Made by a program: the position numbers and the translations under genes
Origin: Candidatus Falkowbacteria bacterium RIFOXYD12_FULL_34_57
GTDB taxonomy: Bacteria > Patescibacteriota > Patescibacteriia > Patescibacteriales > UBA12075
Length of the DNA stretch: 64,000 nt
Direction: 5' to 3'
NCBI GenBank assembly: GCA_001780285.1
Contig: MFGN01000005.1
Location: 74,200 to 138,199 of the forward strand
Shown here: positions 1 to 8,394 of the stretch, piece by piece
Position numbering within the stretch: the first letter of the stretch is position 1
How the letters are laid out: every line of letters starts with the position of its first letter
The notes under the pieces: generated by a model
Database searches by the model: none
Told to the model about the DNA's origin: nothing
Seen by the model: the letters and a program-made list of their open reading frames with translations, nothing else

Positions 1-2
1 TT

Positions 3-1343
3 AGTCCTATTAATAATGTTTCTTTGATTGTGGGATATAATGATTTAAATGTAAATCCTCTCTATATTAATGCTATAGATCCGCAAAATAATCATATTGA
101 TTATTTACTTATCAACCCCTTGCCGCAGGGACTTGTCGCCACTAAAATAAATGATCGCGTTTATAGAATTAATGGAGTGCCCAACGGTGCAACTCCGATA
201 AATACAAATTATGATAATATTGTTAGGGCTACGGATGAGTATGGTGCAGAGTCCAGCGCGCCATTTTCTATTATGGTCAGAAATAGAAAACCAATCATGA
301 ATCCGGTTAATTGTGTGCCGCAGATTAGAACTGGTCAAGCTTTCTCATGTACAGTTAGCGCTACGGATCCGGACGGTCACGCAATTGTCAATTATAGTTT
401 TGGCGCCGGTTCGTTTCCCCCGGGATTTTCTATAAATGCCGCCGGATTAATAACGGGTCCTTCATTTGCACCCGGAAATTATTCAGGGGAGATTGTGGCT
501 ACCGATCAATATGGAGCGGTAAGCGATGGCGCTTTATTCACAATTAGAGTAGTAAGTTTTTGTGGAGATAATATTACTCAAAGCCCTAATATGGAAGGCC
601 GCGGAGGACCGCTGGATGACGGAAATGAAATATGTGATAATCCGCTGGATGTAGCGCCAAATCCGGCTTTGAGCAGTATAAATAGGCAATACGAATGTTT
701 TAATAATTGCCCCCAAGTTGGAAACTGCCTGAATACTTGTATATTTACAGGCGGATATTGCGGCGACGGCAGCGTGCAAGCTGCTCACGGCGAACAATGC
801 GAGGCGCCGGGCAATGGCAGCAGTGTGAATAATCAATGGGCGTGCGCTGCCTGCAGATGGGATGGTGGGTGGTGTGGAAATGCTGTTTGTGATATTTTGT
901 ATGAACAATATGATATTTGTCTAGCTGATTGTGGTTGGAATATTTCTTATTCTAATTTTCAGTATTGTACTAATGAGCCCGTTGCGCAGCCCGGCTGTTA
1001 TGCTGGTTCTCCAAACCCAAGGCTGGAATGGAGTTTTTCGGGAGTGCAAAGCGAATTTTGTGATTGCGATAATACTCCTGCAAGTGATTGCCCGCTTGGA
1101 TCTCCATGTCCGCCATCAACGCAGGTTGCATATTATATACAAGTTGATAACAATCCTAATTTTTCTTCACCGGAGATAGATAGTGGAATCATAGTAAGCG
1201 GTAACCATTTTCATAATGTGGTCGGAGCAGCATTAAATACAAACACCGCATATCACTGGAGAATTATGATTCGGGATAATTACGGAGTTTGGGGCCGTTG
1301 GGCTAAATGTACCGGACCGTTCACAACTTCTCCTGGATGTTGA
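3..1343 (+). CDS. Secreted Cys-rich repeat surface protein, 5'-truncated by the window edge (cadherin/Ig-like repeats, CGDG-type Cys-rich repeats, C-terminal Fn3-like module)
   Basis: Frame is open from base 3 (SPINNVSLIVGYND...). Repeated (V)ATD(E/Q)YGA motifs, CGDN/CGDGSVQAAHGEQCE Cys-rich repeats, and a NNPNFSSPEID...YHWRI...WGRW Fn3-like tail. Confidence 0.6.
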   Translation, partial: SPINNVSLIVGYNDLNVNPLYINAIDPQNNHIDYLLINPLPQGLVATKINDRVYRINGVPNGATPINTNYDNIVRATDEYGAESSAPFSIMVRNRKPIMNPVNCVPQIRTGQAFSCTVSATDPDGHAIVNYSFGAGSFPPGFSINAAGLITGPSFAPGNYSGEIVATDQYGAVSDGALFTIRVVSFCGDNITQSPNMEGRGGPLDDGNEICDNPLDVAPNPALSSINRQYECFNNCPQVGNCLNTCIFTGGYCGDGSVQAAHGEQCEAPGNGSSVNNQWACAACRWDGGWCGNAVCDILYEQYDICLADCGWNISYSNFQYCTNEPVAQPGCYAGSPNPRLEWSFSGVQSEFCDCDNTPASDCPLGSPCPPSTQVAYYIQVDNNPNFSSPEIDSGIIVSGNHFHNVVGAALNTNTAYHWRIMIRDNYGVWGRWAKCTGPFTTSPGC

Positions 1344-1455
1344 TTTGGCAACTTATTATCTTAAAAATCACAGTGAGTTGTTGCTTAATTTAAACTTGAA
1401 AAAAGCCCAGAAACATGTTAATCTTTTTAATATACTTAATACTAAATATTTAAAA

Positions 1456-1830
1456 ATGACCCTGAAAAAATATTTAATTATTATGATTGTTATGACCCTC
1501 CTTTGTTGGTTTGGCTTTATTTATGTTATTTTTTCTATAAATCCTGATATTACTAATTGGATAGGTTTTTCTTTATTTTATGTATCTCTGTTTTTAGCGC
1601 TTGTGGGAACATCGGCACTTATTGGTTTTGTAGTTAGATTTATTAGCTTGAAGCAGGAGTTAGTTTTTTATTTGGTAAAAGAGGCGTTCCGGCAGTCATT
1701 TTTATTTTCATCATTAATCGTGATTAGCTTGCTTTTGTTATCCCGTGGTTTGTTTACCTGGATGAATTTGTTTTTTTTAATAGCTTCTTTATCTATTTTG
1801 GAGTATTTTTTATTGAGTTATGATAAATAA
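1456..1830 (+). CDS. Hypothetical multi-pass membrane protein
   Basis: I use the ATG at 1456 (MTLKKYLIIMIV...) rather than the TTG at 1345. Four hydrophobic helices; no recognisable family. Confidence 0.45.
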   Translation: MTLKKYLIIMIVMTLLCWFGFIYVIFSINPDITNWIGFSLFYVSLFLALVGTSALIGFVVRFISLKQELVFYLVKEAFRQSFLFSSLIVISLLLLSRGLFTWMNLFFLIASLSILEYFLLSYDK

Positions 1831-1856
1831 ATATCATTTTAACATGATTTAATTAT

Positions 1857-2909
1857 ATGCAAAATAAAATTATTAAATTAAAAGAGGAATTCTTGGATAA
1901 ATTGGAGAATATTGGATCAGAGGATGATCTTAAGAGTTTAGAAGTTGAATATTTAGGCAGAAAAGGAAAATTGACGCAAATTCTTAGAGGTTTATCCGGC
2001 CTTAGCCTTGAAGATAAGAAAAAAATTGGAAAATTGTCTAATGATGTAAAAAGAGAATTAGAAGATAAAAACAAGGAGGCAATGGAAAAAATCATGCAAA
2101 ATTCATTAAATGATTTTGTAGATGTTACCTTGCCGGGCAAAAAAATTACAAAAGGGCATATTCATCCGATTACGCGTATTCAAAATGAACTTGAAGACTT
2201 GTTTATTGCTATGGGGTTTATGGTGTTGGACGGACCGGAATTAGAAAGTGATTTTTATTGCTTTGAAGCTTTAAATATTTTAAAAAATCATCCAGCAAGG
2301 GATATGCAGGATACTTTTTATATAGACCCTGCTTCTATTAAAAATTCAAAAGGTAGTTTTGATAAGAATGGAGAATATGACATGGTAATGCGTACTCATA
2401 CTTCTCCGGTTCAGGTGAGGGCTATGCAAAAGTATGGGGCGCCACTCAGGGCTATAGTCCCGGGACGATGTTTTAGGAATGAAGCAACTGATGTAAGGCA
2501 TGAACATACTCTGTATCAAATAGAAGGGCTAATGATTGACAGAGATATTAATTTTAGTCATTTAAAGGCAATGCTCGAGATAGTTGGAAAAAAGCTTTAC
2601 GGAGAAGACACGCGCCTCCGTATGCGTCCAAAGTTTTATCCTTTTGTGGAGCCGGGTTCAAATGGGGAATATACTTGTTTTATTTGCAGGGGAAGGGGTT
2701 GTAAATTATGCAAGTATTCCGGCTGGTTGGAGATATTGGGATGCGGCATGATTCATCCCAATGTTCTTAGAAATGGCGGGATAGATCCTGAAAAATACTC
2801 CGGTTTTGCTTTTGGCTTCGGACTCAGCCGTTTAGCCCAACTTAAATACGGAATTGATGATACTAGACTTTTTATGAGTGGAGATATGCGGTTTTTGGAA
2901 CAGTTTTAG
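1857..2909 (+). CDS. pheS: Phenylalanine--tRNA ligase alpha subunit
   Basis: 350 aa. Class II aaRS motifs FRNEATDVRHEHTLYQIEGL and GFAFGFGLSRLAQLKYGIDD; pheT lies nearby. Confidence 0.95.
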   Translation: MQNKIIKLKEEFLDKLENIGSEDDLKSLEVEYLGRKGKLTQILRGLSGLSLEDKKKIGKLSNDVKRELEDKNKEAMEKIMQNSLNDFVDVTLPGKKITKGHIHPITRIQNELEDLFIAMGFMVLDGPELESDFYCFEALNILKNHPARDMQDTFYIDPASIKNSKGSFDKNGEYDMVMRTHTSPVQVRAMQKYGAPLRAIVPGRCFRNEATDVRHEHTLYQIEGLMIDRDINFSHLKAMLEIVGKKLYGEDTRLRMRPKFYPFVEPGSNGEYTCFICRGRGCKLCKYSGWLEILGCGMIHPNVLRNGGIDPEKYSGFAFGFGLSRLAQLKYGIDDTRLFMSGDMRFLEQF

Positions 2910-2920
2910 AAAAATTTTAT

Positions 2921-3679
2921 ATGGAAAGTAGAAATAAAATAGTTAAATTTTGTGAAGACTATTTAAAGGTAAAAGATTTTACTGATTATTGTCATAACGG
3001 ACTTCAAGTAGAGGGATCGGAAGAGATTAATAAAATTATTACCGGAGTAAGTTTTTCGCGGAAATTAATAGAAAAAGCGAATCCGCCAACCGGCGGAAAA
3101 AAAGCGCAAATGATAATCGTGCATCATGGTATTTTTGGTAATCAAATTCCTAGCCCTTTGCAACTTAAAGGGATTGTTAAAAATAGAATCAAGTTAATTT
3201 TAGAAAATGATATTAATTTATGCGGGTTTCATCTGCCTTTGGATGCGCATCCGATAATCGGGAATAATATTTTACTTTGTAAATTATTAGGAGTTAAAAA
3301 AGTAAAGCCTTTTGATGTTGGTTTTATAGGAGAACTTGACAGGCAGGTTGATTTTAAAAAATTTGTCGATTTGGTAAATAAAAAATTAGGTGTTCAGTCT
3401 TTTGTTTTGGAAAACGGAAAAAAACAAATCAAAAAAGCAGCTATTATTTCCGGAGGGTCATCGCCTGATTTTGAGAAAGCAGCTCGATTGGGGGCGGATG
3501 TCTATATTTGCGGAGATATAAGAGAAGAGGTTGTAAGAGGCACGGAAGAAGCAGGTATAAATCTAATAAACGCCGGCCATTATAATACTGAGAAGTTAGG
3601 TATTCAGAATTTGGGAAAATTAATCGCGAAAAAGTTTAAGGTGAAGGTGGAATTTGTGGATATACCATGTGAGGTATAA
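2921..3679 (+). CDS. Nif3-like dinuclear metal center protein (YbgI/YqfO, DUF34 family)
   Basis: IIVHHGIFG, GFHLPLDAHP and NAGHYNTEK ligand motifs typical of the NIF3 family. Confidence 0.8.
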   Translation: MESRNKIVKFCEDYLKVKDFTDYCHNGLQVEGSEEINKIITGVSFSRKLIEKANPPTGGKKAQMIIVHHGIFGNQIPSPLQLKGIVKNRIKLILENDINLCGFHLPLDAHPIIGNNILLCKLLGVKKVKPFDVGFIGELDRQVDFKKFVDLVNKKLGVQSFVLENGKKQIKKAAIISGGSSPDFEKAARLGADVYICGDIREEVVRGTEEAGINLINAGHYNTEKLGIQNLGKLIAKKFKVKVEFVDIPCEV

Positions 3680-3718
3680 TTAATTATCAATTAAAAATTA
3701 CGAATTACGAAATTAAAT

Positions 3719-3892
3719 CTCCCTTAAAAAGGGGAGTACCCCGAAGGGGGGAGGGATGTAAAAGACGTGAATATCAGAAAAAACGTTAAATATTTTAGGT
3801 CACGTGCAACATCCCCCGAGTTCAGGCTAACTTGCGCTTTGTGCAACCTGCCTAAACATTCCCCCTTTACTAAGAGGGAATTATTATTTTTT
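3719..3892. other. GC-rich multi-hairpin element between nif3 and pheT (candidate cis-leader or small RNA; strand unresolved)
   Basis: Five hairpins: 3719-3736, 3739-3749, 3753-3815 (GGGATGT/ACATCCC plus ACGTGA/TCACGT), 3823-3850, 3858-3881. Terminator-like on the + strand (ATTCCC...GGGAAT then TTATTATTTTTT, 3856-3892) and on the - strand (GGGGTACTCCCC then TTTTT, 3724-3746). Confidence 0.4.
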
Positions 3893-3936
3893 AATTTCAT
3901 AATTCATACTAATAAGTAATTAAATAATTAAGAAAT

Positions 3937-6405
3937 ATGTACTTGTCTTTAAATTGGTTAAAAGATTTTGTAAAAATTGATAATAAAATTACACCCGAAG
4001 AAATTGGTGCTAAATTAAATTTGCACACCGTGGAGGTGGAGGGAATTATAAGAAGCGGCGATAAATTTAAGAATGTGGTAGTGGGGGAAATATTGGAAGT
4101 AAAGAAACATCCTAACGCCGACCGATTGCGACTTGCCACGGTAGATGCGGGTGGCAAGAAATTACATATTGTGTGCGGAGCGCCGAATATAGAGGCGGGT
4201 CAAAAGGTGCCAGTAGCCTTGGTGGGAGCAGTACTGCCTAGCGGTTTAGAAATTCAAGAAGCTAAAGTGCGCGGAGAGGTGTCCGAGGGAATGCTTTGCG
4301 CCGAAGATGAGCTGGGACTAGGACAGGATCATGCCGGAATTTTGATTTTGAGCAAAGATGCCAAAATAGGGCAGGATTTAGCAAAATATTTAAAACTGGA
4401 TGATGTGGTTTTTGAGGTAGATAATAAATCGCTTTCTAATCGCCCCGACCTTTGGGGACATTATGGCATGGCGCGTGAATTGTCGGTACTTTTTGATATA
4501 GAATTGAAAGAAGTTTATGGATCCATGATTCCCCTTCTCCGCCAGCCGGCGGATATGGAGCCCCAGGATAACAAGAAGGGGAATAAATTAAAAGTAAGCG
4601 TGAAAGATAAAAGATTGTGTCCGCGCTATACAGCTATCAGTGTGTCAGGCATTGAAATAAAAGATTCTCCAAAATGGATACAAGACCGTTTATCCGCTGT
4701 CGGATCTCGTCCAATTAATAATATAGTAGATATTACAAATTATGTCATGTTGGAGCTTGGGCAACCTCTTCATGCTTTTGATGCCAGCTTGGTGGATAAT
4801 ATCATAGTCAGACAAACTAAAAAAGACGAACAGATTGAAACTCTGGATGGAAGAATGAGAGAACTGGAGCCCGGAATGCTGGTAATTGCTGATTCTGAAA
4901 AACCAATTGCGATTGCCGGGATAATGGGAGGAGCTAACAGTGAGATTAGCGAGAAAACAAGCGAAATAATTTTAGAAGCAGCTAACTTTGAGCCGGTGCA
5001 GATTAGAAAAACCGCCAATAAGTTATCGCTTCGAACTGATGCTTCTTCCCGTTTTGAAAAATCATTAGATCCTAAATTAACCGAGATTGCTTTAGCGCGG
5101 ACGATAGAACTAATTCTGGAATCTTGTCCGAAAGCGCAGATTAACAATGAATTAATTGATATAAATAATTTTAAATTAAACCAAGGACCAATCAAGCTTG
5201 ATATGGATTGGCTTAACAAAAAAATTGGAAAAGAAATTGACCCCAAAGAGGTGATTAGAATTTTGGAAAAGTTGGGTTTTTCAACAAGTCGAAAGTCTAT
5301 AAAGTCGAAAGTCGAAAGTCATAATAATATTTTAGAAGTTAAGATTCCTACTTGGCGGGCGACTAAAGATGTGGCTATTAAAGAAGATTTACTGGAAGAG
5401 GTGGTGCGTATTTTGGGGTATAATAATATTGAATCAACTATGCCGTGCGTTGCTATGGAATTTCCCAGATTCAACCAAGAAAGGATATTGGAACGAAATA
5501 TAAAAGAAATTTTAGCTCTTGGCGCAAAAATGACCGAAGTTTATAATTATTCCTTTGTGGATGAAAAACAATTAATAAAGCTGGGTTTTGATATTTCTTC
5601 TTGTGTACGCATTGCTAATCCGATTAATGAAAATCAGGCGCTACTTCGTAGTTCTTTGGTTTCTGGTTTGCTTGAAAATATACATAAAAATCAAGCCAGA
5701 TTTAATAGCTTAAGTTTTTTTGAAATCGGAAGCATCTTTTTAAATTTAGAAGGAGATATCGCTAAGGAAACAAGCGGAAAAGAAAAATTGCCATATCAGG
5801 AAAAAAGATTGGGAATGATTTTTGCCGGAACAAAAACAGAAGAAGAGTTTTATTATGGAAAGGGATGTTTAGAATTTTTATTTTCAAAATTAAACCTCAA
5901 TTTCTTTTTTGATTTGAGTGAAACTGCGCCGAATTGGGCAAATAATCAAATATATGCAAAAATTTATGTAGAAAAGCAAGAGATTGGCTATATTTGCGCC
6001 TTAAAGAATGAGACACAGAAAAAGATGGGTTTAAAAAAACAGTTAATCATATCTGAAATAAATTTTATAAAGTTGTTTCAGATAGTTAATACTAGGAGTG
6101 AAAAAAAATACAAACAAACAGAAAAATTTCCGCAAGTTTCAAGGGACTTAGCTTTTGTAATTAATAATAAGATTTTGTATAATAATATTATGGAGGAAAT
6201 TTTAAATTCTCATGAATATGTGCGTGCTGTTGAGTTGTTTGATGTGTATAAAGAAGAAAATCTTGGTAAAAGCAACAAAAGCATGGCTTTCCACATTGCT
6301 TATCAAGCAGATAAGACTTTAGAAGCCAAGGAAATAGATAGCCTGCAGAAAGAACTAATTAAAAAATTAGAGAAGAAGTTTAATGCAAAAGTGAGAGATT
6401 TTTAA
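3937..6405 (+). CDS. pheT: Phenylalanine--tRNA ligase beta subunit
   Basis: 822 aa. N-terminal OB tRNA-binding domain (GEILEVKKHPNADRLRLATVDAG), B3_4 (CPRYTAISVSGIEIKDSPKWIQDRL...DITNYVMLELGQPLHAFD), B5 and FDX-ACB-like C-terminus. Confidence 0.95.
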   Translation: MYLSLNWLKDFVKIDNKITPEEIGAKLNLHTVEVEGIIRSGDKFKNVVVGEILEVKKHPNADRLRLATVDAGGKKLHIVCGAPNIEAGQKVPVALVGAVLPSGLEIQEAKVRGEVSEGMLCAEDELGLGQDHAGILILSKDAKIGQDLAKYLKLDDVVFEVDNKSLSNRPDLWGHYGMARELSVLFDIELKEVYGSMIPLLRQPADMEPQDNKKGNKLKVSVKDKRLCPRYTAISVSGIEIKDSPKWIQDRLSAVGSRPINNIVDITNYVMLELGQPLHAFDASLVDNIIVRQTKKDEQIETLDGRMRELEPGMLVIADSEKPIAIAGIMGGANSEISEKTSEIILEAANFEPVQIRKTANKLSLRTDASSRFEKSLDPKLTEIALARTIELILESCPKAQINNELIDINNFKLNQGPIKLDMDWLNKKIGKEIDPKEVIRILEKLGFSTSRKSIKSKVESHNNILEVKIPTWRATKDVAIKEDLLEEVVRILGYNNIESTMPCVAMEFPRFNQERILERNIKEILALGAKMTEVYNYSFVDEKQLIKLGFDISSCVRIANPINENQALLRSSLVSGLLENIHKNQARFNSLSFFEIGSIFLNLEGDIAKETSGKEKLPYQEKRLGMIFAGTKTEEEFYYGKGCLEFLFSKLNLNFFFDLSETAPNWANNQIYAKIYVEKQEIGYICALKNETQKKMGLKKQLIISEINFIKLFQIVNTRSEKKYKQTEKFPQVSRDLAFVINNKILYNNIMEEILNSHEYVRAVELFDVYKEENLGKSNKSMAFHIAYQADKTLEAKEIDSLQKELIKKLEKKFNAKVRDF
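5286..5322 (+). repeat. In-frame tandem word repeat (AAGTCGAAAGTC / TATAAAGTC units) inside pheT
   Basis: aagtcgaaagtctataaagtcgaaagtcgaaagtcata encodes SRKSIKSKVESH in a variable loop. The same words occur in intergenic DNA at 61243-61270 (reverse strand), 63481-63500 and 52421-52450. Confidence 0.6.
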
Positions 6406-6498
6406 ATATATAATGCGAATATCGCAAATTGTATGCGAATTCACAAATTACGAATTATAAGAATTAAATAAACATTATTTTCATAATTTAATAATATT

Positions 6499-6798
6499 AT
6501 GTTTGAAACAAGTCGAGACATTTTGAATATTGTGATTGCGATATCTGTTGCAGGTGTTGCTTTTTTTGTTTGTTGGCTTCTTTTTTATTTTGTGATGACA
6601 ACAAAACAAACCTTTACTATTATCAGGGAAATGAGGGATAGATTCCGAAAGGTGGATGAATTTGCTTCTAGTTTTAAGCAAAAATTAGATCATAGCTCCG
6701 CCTACCTACTCTTAATTGGCGAGGGAGTCAAGAAGTTGGTGGAAATTGCTAAGGATTACAAAGAAGGGAAGCCAAAGAAGAAAAGAAAAAATAATTAA
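6499..6798 (+). CDS. Hypothetical small membrane protein with Lys-rich tail
   Basis: 99 aa, one N-terminal TM helix (ILNIVIAISVAGVAFFVCWLLFYFV), C-terminal KKKRKNN. No family recognised. Confidence 0.4.
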   Translation: MFETSRDILNIVIAISVAGVAFFVCWLLFYFVMTTKQTFTIIREMRDRFRKVDEFASSFKQKLDHSSAYLLLIGEGVKKLVEIAKDYKEGKPKKKRKNN

Positions 6799-6815
6799 TT
6801 TTTCATAACTTGGAA

Positions 6816-6899
6816 CTTATAACTCATAACTTTTTAATATTGAGTCGCTTTGCGGCAATATTTTAAAGTTAAGATAAGTTATAAGTTATGAGTTATAAG
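6816..6899. repeat. Nested inverted repeat filling the 6799-6905 spacer (word-repeat arms plus GC core hairpin)
   Basis: Perfect 15-bp arms CTTATAACTCATAAC (6816-6830) / GTTATGAGTTATAAG (6885-6899). Inner AATATTG/CAATATT (6836-6842 / 6856-6862). Core GTCGC-TTT-GCGGC (6844-6856) followed by AATATTTT. Confidence 0.6.
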
Positions 6900-6905
6900 A
6901 AATAG

Positions 6906-7364
6906 ATGAAAAATTTTTTATACATTTTAATTGTTTTAATTATTGGAACTTTTTTCTTTTCCGAATTCAGGAAAAGTATTGCGCCAACCATGTCAAAAAT
7001 TGATACTCCCTATATAGTAATTAATGATATTACTATTCCGGTTGAGCTGGCCGTAGATCAGGAAAAACAGTGGCAAGGTCTTAGTAAAAGAGAATTTCTA
7101 AAAGAAACAGATGGGATGTTGTTTGTTTTTCCCAGAAAACAGATTAGATCTTTTTGGATGAAAGACATGAACTTTCCTTTGGATATTATTTGGATTAGCG
7201 ATAATAAAATAATAAAAATCGATAAAGATCTGCAGCCGGAAGGGGAAAATCCTAAAAATAAATATCAAACCATTCAAAGAGTAGATAAGGTTTTGGAGGT
7301 GAACAGCGGCTTTACGGATAAATACAAAATCAAAGCGGGAGATGAGGTGAAGTTTTATTATTAG
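6906..7364 (+). CDS. DUF192 domain-containing protein (COG1430-like), N-terminal signal/anchor
   Basis: GMLFVFP...FWMKDMNFPLDIIWISDN pattern typical of DUF192; N-terminal hydrophobic segment. Confidence 0.65.
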   Translation: MKNFLYILIVLIIGTFFFSEFRKSIAPTMSKIDTPYIVINDITIPVELAVDQEKQWQGLSKREFLKETDGMLFVFPRKQIRSFWMKDMNFPLDIIWISDNKIIKIDKDLQPEGENPKNKYQTIQRVDKVLEVNSGFTDKYKIKAGDEVKFYY

Positions 7365-7385
7365 AGATGAATATTATATTGAAAT

Positions 7386-7421
7386 AAAAAAATCAGTTCG
7401 CATGTGAACTGATTTTTTTTG
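7386..7421. terminator. Bidirectional intrinsic terminator between convergent genes
   Basis: AAAAAA-ATCAGTTC-gcatgt-GAACTGAT-TTTTTTTT. Confidence 0.8.
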
Positions 7422-7441
7422 TCGTATAGGAATTTCTATTT

Positions 7442-8206
7442 TTAATATTCTTTAGAGATATGCCACAGACCATCAAAGAGCGCCAGCATGGTATCGTGTA
7501 CTTCTCTGGATTGGATAAGAATGGCGCTGGATTCTTTTAGTGAAGATATAATGGCTACTTTATCATCAAATATTATAATAATAGATTTAAATTTCCCATA
7601 CATTATATTCGGCAATATTCTTGGCTGCCTTTGTTTTAAATCTTCAGGGGTTAATACTTTTTTGTCGGCTTTTGATTCCCAAAGAGATCTAGCACTGATT
7701 TTTTTTCTTTTTCTGGTATTCATAAAATATTCAGCATATTTTTTATCAAAATCAGAAAAGAAGTTTTTGGGAGGAGCAATAACATCCCAATGCCTTGATT
7801 TGCAGTAAAGGGCCTCTTCAATTACTAATTTTATTCCCTCTATACCGTCAAAATGAGCTACATTAAAATTAGCTTCTTCTTTTTGCTGATGTTGATTTAA
7901 GAGGGGGATGATTTCATCTAATTCTGTTTTTTGGTTTTCCAGAATTTCTATTTCTTTATTCAACAGTCTTTGGATATTTTCCGGCCTGGTCATCATAAAT
8001 ACTAATTTTGCGCCGGTGTCTTTCTTGGAAACCAATCCTTTTTTAGAGAGAGTATTGATGGCATGATAGATGGTCGTTCTCTTGATCTTGGTTTCTTTTT
8101 CCAGGCGGTTTACTCCGATAGAGGAATATTGCAGTCCGGTCAGATAAATGTTTGTTTCAGTATCGGTTAATCCGATATTTTTTAATATTAAATTTATTTT
8201 TTCCAT
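7442..8206 (-). CDS. TrmB-family transcriptional regulator (N-terminal wHTH)
   Basis: N-terminus GLTDTETNIYLTGLQYSSIGVNRLEKETKIKRTTIYHAINTLSKKGLV matches the TrmB HTH pattern. Divergent from the CoaB-fusion operon. Confidence 0.65.
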   Translation of the reverse strand: MEKINLILKNIGLTDTETNIYLTGLQYSSIGVNRLEKETKIKRTTIYHAINTLSKKGLVSKKDTGAKLVFMMTRPENIQRLLNKEIEILENQKTELDEIIPLLNQHQQKEEANFNVAHFDGIEGIKLVIEEALYCKSRHWDVIAPPKNFFSDFDKKYAEYFMNTRKRKKISARSLWESKADKKVLTPEDLKQRQPRILPNIMYGKFKSIIIIFDDKVAIISSLKESSAILIQSREVHDTMLALFDGLWHISKEY

Positions 8207-8394
8207 ATTTTTAAGTATATATTAAATTTATAATTTTGTCAATATTATATTGTAAATAAAAGTGTTTAATATTAGTTAAAAATTAAATTTGTCAGATAGT
8301 TATTATAAACACATATTATAATAAGTTTATATTCAGGGTATATTTAAAACGTAATATGTGATCTTTAAAAATTAAAAAACAGGGAGGAATAATT

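Noticed and set aside
3697-3936. T-box riboswitch upstream of pheT.
   Set aside because: No T-box consensus (GGUGGUACCGCG-like), AG bulge or GNUGGNA-type distal loop motif was found, and no clear UUC specifier context.
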